Notes under the pieces: model-generated
Told to the model about the DNA's origin: nothing
Seen by the model: only the letters and a program-made list of their open reading frames with translations
Databases searched by the model: none
Made by a program: the position numbers and the translations under genes
Part shown: piece by piece, positions 34,905 through 47,970 of the stretch
Numbering within the stretch: the stretch's first letter is position 1
Layout: every line of letters starts with the position of its first letter
NCBI GenBank assembly: GCA_030265395.1
Contig: JARFYF010000063.1
Span: 106,511,746-106,575,745 of the forward strand
From: Rhina ancylostomus
Taxonomy: Eukaryota
Reading direction: 5' to 3'
DNA length: 64,000 nucleotides

Positions 34905-35800
34905 TGTCATAGAGCCTTAGAGTTGTAGAGCACAAAAATGGGCTCTTTGGCCCACCATGTTCATTCTGACCTTTTTGCCCATCTACTCTAATCTCATTTG
35001 CCCACAGTAGTTCTGTATCCTGCTATGCCTTGCCTACTTAAATGTCTAAATGCCTCTTAAATGTAGTAAATGTATCTGACTCCACCATCTCCTCTGGCAG
35101 CACATTCCAGATATCAATCTCCCCCTGTGTAAAAAATCTTGCCCCTTAAATCCTATCTAACATTCCTTCCTCTCACCTTAAGCCTATGCCCCCTTATTTC
35201 TGATCCCCTTACCATAGGAAAAAGGTTCTATCTATCCTGTCTATGCCCCTTATAACTTTATACATCTCTACCAGGTCACTTCTTAGCCTCCTTTGTTCCA
35301 GGAAAAACAAGCCCAGCCAATCCAGTCTTTCCCCATAACTAAAATCCTTCAGTCCAGGCAGGCCACATCTTGGTGTCTCGAGTGCAATCACGTTCTTCCT
35401 ACAGTGCAGCAGCCAGAACTGTACACCAATACTTCAGGGGCAGCCTAACCAGTGTTTTGTAAAGATGCAATGTAATGTTCCAACTCTTATATTTTCTGTC
35501 CCAATCAATGAAGGCAAGCACCCATATGCCTTCTTCACCACCCTATCTACCTGCAATGCCACTTTCATCAACTATGGACTTGTTCCCTCTGCTCATCAAC
35601 ATTCCTTAGCACTCTAGGATTTATTGTATATGTCCTACCCCTATTTGACTTCCCAAAATGCATCACCTCATACTTGCTGGGGTTAAATTCCATCTGACAA
35701 TGCTCTGTCCAACTTTCCATCTGATCTATATCCTTCTGTAGCCTCAGACAATCTTCCTTGCTACCCATAACATCACCAACTCTCGTACCATTTGCACCAG
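34905..35800 (-). mobile_element. 5'-truncated CR1 LINE (post-RT ORF2 and 3'UTR)
   Basis: ORFs 35568-35837 (LQKDIDQMESW..CQMEFNPSKYEVMHFGKSN) and 35209-35391 (SYGERLDWLGLFFLEQRRLRSDLVEMYKVIRGIDR); 3' tail at ~34905-34960. Confidence 0.85.
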
Positions 35801-38800
35801 TGAAATATTTTGCGCCCTTTAGTGAAATACTTTGCAACCTTTTTGAGCAGTTTCTAGTGGCCTATTTAAATACCACTGACTAGATCTAACTGGTCATGAT
35901 GGACATGTGTGAAGCATCCCCAGTGAAAAATTTGCCATTTTCTGTCCAACTTAGACTGGGTGCCAAGAAGGACTGAGTCTGCAGAATACCTGTTACAGAG
36001 AATGTCCTGCAGACTTAAAGAATACACCAGCTTCCAATTTGAAAGCAAGTTTACTGCTGAGGGAGAAGACAGAACTTAATGCAGGAGATCATAGTGTGAA
36101 ATCCAGCATCCAACTCCCAAATGACAGGTACAATGACAGTGTTCCTTTTCCTGTGGTTAACATTTATTTTGTTTAGTAGCGATTGCAATAAGCTGGATGG
36201 AAAACTCCTGTGAATGTTCTACAGAAGAACTCTGAGAATATAAAAGTTCCATATACTAAAGATGCAGAGAATACTTGCAAGAGGATGTTAGGCAGTTTCA
36301 TTGAGTTCAATGCAGATAATACAAGGAAAAGAGAGGTACTAAACCTTATAATATTGGGATGAAGTGCAGTCTGTCCTCCGAGCAATGCCTGAATAAGCAC
36401 CTCCAGCATTTTGTTAATGTGGTAACACACGAATATTCTAATCCAACACAAAGTCTAACAATACATCTGACTGCTGTATTGATAATCTTTTTATCATATG
36501 CGTGAAACCTAGCTGCAATATTTGATTCAGCCTGCATTACTCCCCAGTCCATTCTGTCTCACAATAGACTGGATGAAGCAGAGTGTGGAAGTACCACAGT
36601 ATCTACATAAAAGAGATTAAAGCCGACAGGATTCCATTTTACAGCTCAATCATATTGTGTTAGCACGCGCTTATCCAAGCACATACAAAATTGAAAGAGA
36701 GAGAGAAAAAAAAAGACAGACAGATATGAGCCAGAATAGAAAGCATGGGTAATTTCAGAGAACATAAAAGGATGGTAATGGTGGGGGCCCTGTCATAGTA
36801 AAGGACTATTAGGGCACAGCCTCTGTCTCTTGTACCCACTCATTCCACTTTAACTTAAAATAACTGAAGTCAAGTGCTGTTTAATTTCATTGTGCTCTTT
36901 GTCAGATAAGGACTGTTCAAATTTCATAATGCCCCGCTTTCTGTTCAGCTGCTTTATTAGCATGGGTAGCCTAATTCTATTTGCTGATAAAGTCATTTTA
37001 TATTTTCTTTAAATATTTGCCTCTGTTGTGGACACAGCTGAGTTAAATGCTTTGTGATACAGAATTAATGAAAGCAATGTATTTGGTCTCTTTCTGCACA
37101 TCAGAGGAGCTGATTTTATCAAAACCCTATTTCTTAATTCACGATCACCATTAAATAATGTTTCATCAGAGGTTATGTGTCTCACAAATTCGTCTCTTCT
37201 TTGGGACAGATTAAGAAATTAAACAGAATTTAAGAAATTAAACTTCTTTCAACAGAAAGTTTAACTGTGCTCCTTGTTCTTATACGTACTGAGCTTAACA
37301 AAGAAGGCAGCCGTTATAGAGAGAAGCTCTAAATTGCTGGATTTAAATTTTGCCCAACCATCATCTCCATTCCCCTTTTCGGAGGATGTTAGAGGTTGGT
37401 TGTTACAAGCCTCAGGCATAAATCAGTCTTAAAGTCAAAGTTTTGTTCACTGTGGTAAAAGCTGGCATTATCTGAAAGTGAAAGAGCTTTCAGACAATCG
37501 CTACTAAGGGAAGTCATTATAGGGGTAAATTTAAGATCAAATTTGTAAATTCACTTCACAGCATCAACTAGGGAAACAAAAAAATGCAAGGCACAGCTCA
37601 TTATACTTATGTAATGAATTAACTATTACAAATCTATGTACTTATTGGCTAAAACTGACAATTAGTAAGGAACCAATCAACAACCAAGATTAAATCAAAT
37701 GTAATATAAATGCACTCCTGGATTATCAGATAACTTCAAGTAAAAATCTTTGGGAGCTAAATTGGATTGTGGTAGAAAACTAATAGTGGGATCATGATCT
37801 GTATTTAGCCCCTGGCTTGTTATCCAAGTACAGGCAGCCCATGAAATTTATGGTGCCTGCTCATTTAAAATGATTTCAACATGCAGCCAATGTCAATCTG
37901 ACTGTGGTTGCCTTAATGCATCACCATGAGCCTCAGCTTTGTAAATGGCCAGCAATGGTTCAAGCTATCCAGAGCTGACTGAATTCTATCTGGGATGTAG
38001 ATCTTGGCAGTGGTTGGTGCTAGAAGTCATTCTGAATATGTCACATATTGCAACAAGCAAATGGATAACTTGGATGAGCACATGTTCAAATATTTTGTGG
38101 TAAATGGAGACATTGGTGGAAAATATGAAGAGGAATTAGGTTGGCCTCTATCTGCAGGTCCTCCACACACATAAAGAAAAGAGTGGGAGAAGATAGTTTT
38201 GGAGGTGAATGCAAAACTTCCAATTTCTGTTCTAAGGACATGATTGCAGAGAAGCAAGACATTCAATGATCTCACACACATGATTTTGGTCACTGATTAT
38301 CAAGTGCACCACTAGCCTTGGACACTGCACAATATGCCACAACCCCATTGCTCTACTTGTAATCTCTGTCACTCAGGACTGGGATCTAACATTCATGCAC
38401 TAACCACACCCACTTAGCATGACTCATATCCATCTCATAGGCTGCAAATATTGCCAGCTATTCAATCATATCATACAAGGACAATGTGCTGCTCTCGTTG
38501 GCACACTTCCCTCTTTCTGGCAGGATAAAGTGTCACACAATTAGTCCCAGCAGCAACAAGCCAATGGGGGATTGACGTGGCTACATCCGTGAAATGCAGA
38601 AGACAATGTTTGTCATCAGCACCTCTGACCCCACAAAAGAAGATGGCATGGTTTTCCTTATCCACTTTCTCACATTCCATTTCCCCATATCCCAAAACTT
38701 CTTCTTATATACAAATTGCAGATGGTGTAAGAATGTACCTCTTACTTTCCCCTCTACCTGTATATATTTTGCTTTTCAGAGCTGGCTATGGATGAAGAAT

Positions 38801-39334
38801 AAAACAGTGAAGATGAAGGCACACTGTCATTCAATTCGACATCACAACAAGAGCTCAGAAACAGAGCCCAGATCTAATAGTGAGTAAAGGCAATAAGGCA
38901 AAGAATAGGGCAAAAGTGGCCTTCAGTCCAGGCAAGGCAAAAGGATAGTCCAGCTGATAGCTCCCCAGAGAGCAAGATCTCATACAAGCTCTGCAAGGAC
39001 ATAGCTGGTGATTTTGTCAAAAGACATCTCCGTTTCTGAACAGAAATATTGCCGTGNNNNNNNNNNGATCCACAAAGTGTTAATCAATCTTCAGGCCGTG
39101 CATCTTTATAAATAACCAAAAGAAATCTCAATTAAATCGCATGTGCATTAATCCATTATTTGAGTCATAATAACAGTGAAAGCTGATGACTTTTCATTTG
39201 AGAAAATAAACTGCTAATAAAGTCATTTTTGTGATTTCTTGTTGGTTGAATGTTCAGCTTTAAACAGTTAAAGATGTTTTTATTCATCCTAATGACATGC
39301 TTACCAATGTGTATACATGATTTTTGCTTTTTAC

Positions 39335-39496
39335 CTGGAATATGCTTTGCCCATCCAATGATAACCACCAGCTCTCGGTCTGCTAGATCACACAACGTAG
39401 TAAGGGCCTTGATGTCACTGTCAGGAACAGTGGGATCAGGCATGGCATAGATCTTCTCTGGCTCAGCCACAAGCAAGTGCGAGACAATCTTGTTGA
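39335..39496 (-). CDS. ESRRG: ESRRG coding exon: LBD helices 1-3 (162 nt)
   Basis: (F)[53 protein letters not shown](G). Acceptor ttctag|TCAAC and donor CCAG|gtaaaa; in frame with neighbouring exons. Confidence 0.97.
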
Positions 39497-41894
39497 CTAG
39501 AATAGAAAGCCCAGGCAAGAGAAAGCAAGAAACGTTTGCATCAGTTTAGACAGCCTCATCACTCAGGGAATTGAGTAGCTGCAAGCGGTATCTCTTGGTA
39601 AATCTTATTTAATGTTGCCTTAATTAGAATCAATACAACCCAATTTTCATCAGAACGGCTTTGTAATGCACAAATAATCAATCAGGACCCAGAAAATCTC
39701 TTAGACTACATCAAGGCACAATACATGCTGTACTTCCTAACACAACTCGAAAATTGACCATGTATTTTATAAATGTTTATTTTTTTTAAAAGATTGCTTA
39801 TTAAATGAACAGCTAAAATTAACAGCTTTTAGTTAACAAATAATGACTGTCAAGTGGTAAGACTATCCAAGTAAATGACACACAGGACAATGGAATCTTA
39901 TTAAAATTTAAGGGTACTGTAGCTTGAAAAAGATTCTAAACAAATTATGATAAATTCAAAACTTAGAGAAAAGAAATTAGAGTAGTAAAGTAATTTTAAA
40001 GGAGGAAAAAATACTCTATGTGTGTCTTAAGTAACATTAAGTTAAATATGGATATAGACATCTCTGATAGTCAGGTCTGTGTTGGACCCTGTACAATATA
40101 ACCAGTTGAGCCACTCAGTCAAGTGACAAAAATCAAACAGACCTTACAATTAATTGGTGGTCTGGATGAGTAAATGATAGGGAAATTACACCAGATTTTT
40201 AAAATATCACATTGGCATAGGAAATCAGAATAAACTGTGAATCAGCCCATATCTGCAATAGTTACAATTTGTTAGAAAATATTATTATAGAGTGCATTTG
40301 TTTGGGGAAAAAATCCTTCAGTTCCTGTTTACAGTCCCTCTGAAAATTTTCTATATATAATATTGAGGGAATTTAAGATGGCATCACCTCTAGCAAAGTA
40401 AACGGTGAATGTTTTATATTTCACTTTTATTAACTTAGTATTGTTTCCTCCAGGGTTCACAAAATTACACTGTTGTATATTTCAGGCAGGAGTCATGAAA
40501 GATGGCGCATGCATCTTCAACAAATTATAAGTATTTGCTCTTTTGAATTTTTAAATGGATTAATTTTATTCACTTTTAAGATGAGATGCAAGCTAAAGTC
40601 TCTGTAAATACTTATTTGAGGATAGCAAGAAGTAAATGGTGTGATTTCAGCATAACACCATTTGAAGGAACTAGATATGTTGGTGTTATTTGGATATCTA
40701 TATTAAAGACTGGATTTTGATAGACATGGATTCATTGAAAAATCCTAACATAATGTGACTTACAGAACTGTAAATCTGACTGCAATGTTTCATCAATATG
40801 GTATATTACGCACCATATTATATTGCTCTCCCTTGTAAAAGTGTGAGCTCTAGTCCGATTAACATCTGAAATTCCACAGAATGCTTTCAGCTATACTTAA
40901 TTATTTATTATTTAATAGAAAGAATATGTCAGAAAATACAAACAGTTTCAGCCTTGACCATGGCAGTGCATGGCTCTGCTCAAAAAGGACACAAAACTAT
41001 GCAGTAAAATTATGATACATTTCCTGTGGCTAAAAGGATTAAGTACCCATACAGTAGGTGCAATTTTAAACTATTTGCCAATAAAAAATAGTTAATTTGA
41101 AGGAAATAATTTACTTTTCCAATTAGACACTGATGCAACATAAATAATTTTATATAATTAGTTGGTTTTTTTTACTATCTGTTGCAACAATCAAATAAAA
41201 AGGAAAGGGAGAGAACAACACCTAAAATGTAACATTTACTCTTTTGATGCAAAGCCTCATCATAAAAGCTTAAAGATTTTAAAAAGGCAATATCCAGCTT
41301 ATGCAGATCTGTGATCTTCATTCTAGTATTTTGAGTTTAACACTATGGTTAGCTTTGAGACTCAGAATAAATGTACTTCAGATGAGTTTAATACTGTCAA
41401 TGTTCAATGTTGCTTAATAATCTTCATTTTAAATCACAGTCAAGGCATACAAATAAATACAAAATTAAAATTTCTAAGGGATGAAGAACTTTTCAAAACA
41501 ACAAAATAAAACATTTTTGCTATTCAAATTGTCGTTTAAGATAAAATGCTGTTGTAACATTACCGCTATGAAATACACTGTTTAATTGGACTGCACAAAA
41601 AAATTACAATTCAAAATATTTCCACATGACTGTACATCATTTTTCATAAAGTACATCATGCTACCCTTGATGAAAAGCAAACTCTGGTCATTTATAAAAT
41701 GGAGACTGGATTAGTTCTGCCCTATCATCACTCCCATCTGTTTGCAAACTCTTTAACTGGTTGTGTGTGCAGGGTGAATACACTAAAATAGATAGGACAT
41801 GCTGTTGTTTTACTGAATGGTAAATTAACATGTTGAAGCATTATATGCTAATAGCCTCCTGTACAATATATATAAAGTAATTCTTTGTTCTTAC

Positions 41895-42005
41895 ATGGCT
41901 TTTTGGCTGGTTGGACCAGCTGAGGGTTCAAGTAAGGGCTGTTCTCTGCATCTATCCTGCGCTTGTACTTCTGCCGTCCGCCACGTACCCTATCTAAGCG
42001 CACAC
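41895..42005 (-). CDS. ESRRG: ESRRG coding exon: C-terminal extension of DNA-binding domain plus hinge (111 nt)
   Basis: Translates (G)[36 protein letters not shown]; [10 protein letters not shown] is the ERR A-box/CTE motif. Acceptor ttcag|GTGTG and donor CCAT|gtaaga; both ends phase 1. Confidence 0.97.
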
Positions 42006-44261
42006 CTGAAAAAGAAGGAAAATGGCATTTTAAAATACAAAAATATAAATGGGTGTTGACAAATCTATCGTTCACCTTGAATTAATACTGTATTATTTTA
42101 TTCAGAGACTGTGGGACTGGCCTACAATTTATATATGATTTAATAGCACTATTAACTTGACAATATTCAATAACCACTTGTGCATCTGTATCTCTGTAAT
42201 ACAGATTTAAAATTGTGATGGTATTAAGAAACATCATGATCAATGTATTGCCAGTATATATAAAACAAATTCAACAAAATATTTCAATGATAAAATAGTG
42301 CATATGGTAATGTATTTACGTATTCTTTCCCTATCTACTAGAAAATACATCAATTATAAACCAAACTTCCAGGAACATTTTCTATTTTATGAAGGGATGT
42401 ATGTAACTACTGATTAACATAACAAGAATCTTTTGATGGATATTCCTTATCAAAACATGAAAGCACATTGATGAGAAAGAGTTACTATTGGTCATACTTC
42501 AAACAGAATTATGACGTTTGCATATTATGAAGTTAAGATATTATGAAAGAAATAAAAATGGTTAAAGCATTTCTGCTGTTACCAGGAGGAAGCAACATCA
42601 TGTAGATAACTTTATCCATTTTAAATTAATTTTTAAACAGATGCTCAAAATATATGGGTATATTCTGGCCAATCTTCAATCACTTTCCAACAAAATACTA
42701 ACTTTTGTACCAATGGACAGGACAATATAAACATGTATTTATGGCAATGTAATTTTAAGTCAATTTTATTTGTAGCACTCCTCCACCTATTAAAAGAGAA
42801 ACATGCACTCGTAGTTCTAGTAAATCCAAGAGGGATCACTGCCTTAAGGACAATCTATCCTTTTAATTTATTGACATCAAAAGAAGCCTAATTTAATTAT
42901 ATCAAATTTCTCCTGGGAATGTGCGTCACCACGGAAACCAGCTAACAGGAAGTGTCAATGATTTTTTTTTGTTGTTTTGAATATAACAGTAACATAGAAA
43001 AATGCTGCATGGTTCCAAACTGTCTAAATTTTGCCAATCACTCACATCACCAGCATGAAATGGGCTGCCTCCAAGAGCCCACAACAGGTCAGAGGTTTTA
43101 ATTGAACAACATCTCTTTCTGTCGTTCCGACAAAAGGCAAGCAGGAAAAATGACTCTGGCAAGATAGCTCAGAGTCTAGCAATGTCCAATTTCTCATTAG
43201 GTCTAAGCAGCTATCTAGCTACTAATGCTGACAAGCCTTGAACCTTTTATTTTTGCTCAGAAATTACTTTGGCAGGAACAGCAATACAGCTTCATCACAG
43301 ACGCCTGACTGCTGTTGCATTAACCCGAATGAGACCTCATAGACTGGCGATTCGGTGTGGTGGAAATGTGCCCGAATGCAACATGTACAAATCTTTTGTT
43401 ATCCTGGCAGACGCTTGGAGCAAAAGGAAGGCATCACAAAGCTGTGCACATTAATAACCTGATTATTTGTGTCTCTGCACACTTGTATCAATTGGGAAAG
43501 GCACAGGGGAAAGACAACCATTTACTAAGCTGAAAACAAAAGACAATTACCAAGCAAGTAGGTTAATACACAAGATAGTGCATGTGCCAAGACTGTTACA
43601 CACAAGCTTCAAGGAAAGCACTGAAGTGAAAAAAACACCAAAATGCTCCATTCTGATCTGTTTAGATCTACTTTTTCAGTGCTTCCTAACGCTGATCCTG
43701 CATAACATTTCTGATGTGCTGTGATTGTAAGGAAATACACCAAAGGATTTGAAGGGAATGAGGACATATGGTGAAACTAAAGTAAGGTGTTCAAGAGCAG
43801 TGCTGAGTGGACTTCCTGCACAGAGTTGACTGCATCAGGTGCCACGTTCAATGTTGCATTATATTTGGAGCCCTACAGATTTCTCTCCTTCATCTTTTGG
43901 GGTCACAAGTTGGGTTACTGATGAAAACTTTCAATGCCATTTTAAAAGGGAGAATATACCAATGCTGTTGAAAATTGCACTGTTTATCTGGCTAGCCCAA
44001 TAAAACTGACAAAGGGGGCTCAACAAAGTTCAATATTATAAATTTTGGATTTGTGCTGGAATCCGAAGTTCCATCCCAATGAGCTGAATGTTGCAACACT
44101 AGTCACCCAGGGCTTATTCTATAATTAATTGGCATTCTAACTTTCAATCTCTCTAGTGTTGTACACACCTGGAAATATAAAAGCATCAAAAATCCAACAC
44201 CAACAATATATCACCAGTGGGGATGCCAAATCTGCCTACACGCCAAGCTACCCACCTGAAG

Positions 44262-44580
44262 AGCATAAGAAATTTAAACAAAAACAGGTGTAGGCCATTT
44301 GGCCAGCTTCACATCCAATAGCATCATGGTTGATTTTTTTTCCTCTTTTTCTGTACTAAATCTATTTTCTTTCATTTCCTTAANNNNNNNNNNNNNGTCA
44401 AGCTATACTCTGAACGTACTCAAGAACTGAGCTGCCATAACTGTCTTAGATGAAGAATTCCAAAAACTGGATGTAGAAATTCCTTCTTATCTTGGTTCTG
44501 AATGGATGACCCCTTATATTGAGACCATGACCTCCGGGTTCTATACACTCCATCCTACGGGAAGCATCATCCCTGTCAGG
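44262..44580 (-). mobile_element. CR1 3'-end fragment
   Basis: Minus strand reads GHGLNIRGHPFRTKIRRNFY; tail cataagaaat...gtaggccatttggcc. Confidence 0.6.
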
Positions 44581-44904
44581 TCCTGTAGAGGAGAGAAGGG
44601 GCAGAATGTTGGCCATAGTGACTGACACTTCTGGAGGAAATGCTGCTGAGGGATTTTTTTTTCTTCTTGCGTTCTTTTCCTTTTACTCCTGTATTGGCTC
44701 TCAGGGTCATAGTGAAAATTCATATGTCACCCATCTTCTCACTGGCATTCCAAATTTAGAACTGTGTCCTCCAACGTGACTAGGAGCCTTTATTGGATAT
44801 ATTATTCATTGCTTTAAGTAGGCTTGGACACTTACAGAGAAACTCAATCCAATAAATGGATAATGTGCTTCCATCTTCCATCATAAAGGAAAATAATGTG
44901 CCTG

Positions 44905-45215
44905 TGTCTTTTTTTTATAATTTAGGGGGCGTGTAGGCATTGCAGGCAAGGCCAACATTTATTATCTTTTCTTAACTGCCTTTGAGAAGGCGGTGACGAG
45001 TCATTTTTATGAATGGCCACAATGCTGGTATTTTCACGGTGATTTTGCTATTGGTAGGGAGCTCCAGATTTCATGCCCCTGCAACAATGAAAGGACAACA
45101 AGGTACTCCAGAATCAGGATAGTGTGTTACTTGGAGGAAATTCTGCATGTGGTGGTGGTCCCATGTGTCTGTCAGCCTTGTTGTCCTCAGAGGTAGAGGC
45201 TGCAGGTTTATAAAG
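44905..45215 (-). mobile_element. LINE 3'-end fragment (CR1/L2-group) with A-rich tail
   Basis: Poly-T on + at 44908-44917. Minus strand reads like ...PPHA.FPPS.TLS/ILTW.Y.AVPS.VAG..SW.SLP.., followed by an aataaatgttggccttgcc tail. Confidence 0.55.
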
Positions 45216-47679
45216 CTACTTAAAAATGCCAGAAGAGAGAAATTGTTATGAAGGTAATATTTTGAAACTGTTTGATGAAGGAATATTGACTTTGAGAGCA
45301 ACTTTGCCAAGATTGTTCGTTAATTTATTCACAGAAAGAGTTGTTTGGTTTGACAAAAAACATGCAACTTACATATTGAGAAGCATCTACAAACAATTTT
45401 CAAATCAAATTATGAGGATTTTAATACCTTCACTTCAATATTAAGTGACAATTTATTCTATACAATGTATCTGCATCAGTGTACATTTTTTTAAATATTT
45501 GAATGATTAATATGTTATTATTCAGGGTGAGATTACATGACTAATACTCCAGCTGTATGTAGGCTATCCAAGCCTTGTCCAACTCTTTCCCTAAAGCATC
45601 AGCATTGCTGTAGATCTGTCAGTCCATGTAACATCATCAAACTGTAGCTCTGGTCAGTCAATAACCCTCTGAGGCCTGTGATGGTTATTACTGGAGCTGC
45701 TGGGTGAATTGGCCTACGCACAACTTGAGTAGACTGATGATCATTTGAATAAATCTGTGTTAAATCTACTACACTAAAGAGGTGATTTAATGCTTTGAAT
45801 GCACTGACCTACTTTTACTACTGACGCACACTATATTGTTTTTAAAAATAATGGTTGACCTTCTGCCCTCAATGAAAGGGATACCTCTTTTTCCCATCCC
45901 TCTTCTAAAAAGTATGTCTTCTACTTAATTGTGAGGATTCTTTCTGATAAGGCCAAACGGTTACTATTTATCAGTGCAGTACAATATAACTTGCTTACAG
46001 AGGTCTTAACCGTTATAAGTTAGAATATAGTGTTGGCTATATTAGTGAACAATCATACGCACTCATACGAGAGTCCTCCTTTGTTATTCTGACAGATATT
46101 GGAATGAAGAATGTTGCAGGAATGCCTTACACATTTGCCCATTATTGTCATTGTTTTTTTATTATTTGGCTTGCTTTTCATTTACCTCAATTTTATTCAC
46201 CTCACTATTGGTTTGCTATTTCACTGTAGATTAGAAAAGAGACAAATGATTGAGCTGCTTTCAAATGGTTAAATATTTGTATGACTGTTGGCATAAACAG
46301 ATCCTAATAATAAATCAGACACCAAAAAAAGCTGCAGAGCGCAGATAATGGCATGTGCTGCAGGATGCCACTCACAAGGGTTAGCTCATTCTCAGTTTCA
46401 GTTAGTTGAAGGGCAAGACTTGCAGATCACAACAGTGTGTTCCCACACTGTTTTCAATCTTCACTTATTTTCTACACTCCTGCAACTTCGAACATTAGGA
46501 GCCATTTTATAGTTCTCCCTAAGTACCTGAAAACAAACTACCCAACAAAATTTTACTTTTATTGTTCTGCCTGCCTGAGTTCAGACCAGCACCTTTCAAT
46601 AGGTGAAATTAGCTGCAATAAATCAAAGACTTTTACCTTTAAAGGTTAAAGAAGTCCATCAGCATGAGGATAAAGTGGTATACTATTAAAGTAATTGGAA
46701 AGATTAAAACAGCTCAATGTATGTTGCTATCACTGTCACCTATTCTGTCCAGCTATATAAAGTAGGATCTTGTTATACTTCCACAACATTATATTTAAAA
46801 CTAAATAAAGGAGGTAATTTCCACCAAGCTAAAATATTTTCATAAATGCTTTGCCTGAAATGTCAACTGCTGCACAGCAGTAAAGTATTCAATTAGCATC
46901 ATTACTGATCAGAGCATATTATTAAGAACCTGGTAAAAGCTACTTCCTATTGGGAAAGATTATCAGATCTTTAATATTCTATTATATGTGCTGACTTTTA
47001 TTGGCAAATCTTGTTAAAATGAAGTTGGAATCTACTGTTTAATGCAAATAATCACAAAGCAGCAGATCTGGCTAGGCATTTCACATGCAAAAATTTCTAA
47101 TGATCCTCAGAGTCAAAGGCAATAAAACTAGATTAGGTAATGCCTAGTTTTCAGGACCCATGACAGCCCAAAATGACAGTTGCAACATGTGGGCACACAT
47201 TTGGCACAAGTTGTGCTGAACAACACATTGTTAAGAGCATTAATATCTATGCACTGAATGTTCATTGGAAGTGTGCAGAATAGGCATCTCATCACATCAA
47301 TCAATGTGCCACACAGATCTGATGCCAGCACTCATTTTAGAGGTCAATGCTCCAACTAACAGCCTTTCTTAAACAGGCATCCCTGAACATACATTCAGCA
47401 GCAGTAATGATTCACCCCATCAGTGCTATTTAAAAGAATCACCAACTATTTAAATGTTGATTTCTTCTCGCCATTGCTGTAATTTGACAAGTGTTTGATG
47501 CTTTGGAGATTTCCACTTGTCTACAGGGAATGTTGCTGAAGATTTCGTTTGCTGACCTCAAGCTTTTGCACAAACCAGTTGCTCTGATGTAGGCATTAGT
47601 AACCATCCATCTTGCAATGCAACATGACTAGAAGAATAAACTGAGACCTAAACAACTGGGAAAATTTCTACAAGGAGAA

Positions 47680-47785
47680 GGAGACTCATAGATTTTTATA
47701 TGCGATGGAAATCAAGGGATGTGTGTTTAGTGCAGGAAAGTTCTACAGATATAAAAGGCCAGTCATGCTCTTGAATGGCAGAGCA
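47680..47785 (+). mobile_element. Older CR1 3' tail (continues at 49538-49567)
   Basis: tagatttttatatgcgatggaaatcaagggat...ttgaatggcagagca, resuming after the antisense CR1 as gaatagccaattcctgcttctatttctt. Confidence 0.55.
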
Positions 47786-47970
47786 NNNNNNNNNNNNNNN
47801 NNNNNNNNNNNNNNNNNNNNNNNNNNNNNNNNNNNNNNNNNNNNNNNNNNNNNNNNNNNNNNNNNNNNNNNNNNNNNNNNNNNNNNNNNNNNNNNNNNNN
47901 NNNNNNNNNNNNNNNNNNNNNNNNNNNNNNNNNNNNNNNNNNNNNNNNNNNNNNNNNNNNNNNNNNNNNN

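Noticed and set aside
39250-39450. Antisense ORFs over ESRRG exons (also 13668-13886)
   Set aside because: Short, without recognisable similarity, and expected opposite coding exons.
13525-42075. ORF-track starts and ends for the ESRRG ORFs (MFYWF..., MPGLS..., MNDRF... and their tails)
   Set aside because: These are intronic extensions; the true boundaries are the GT-AG splice sites listed in features.
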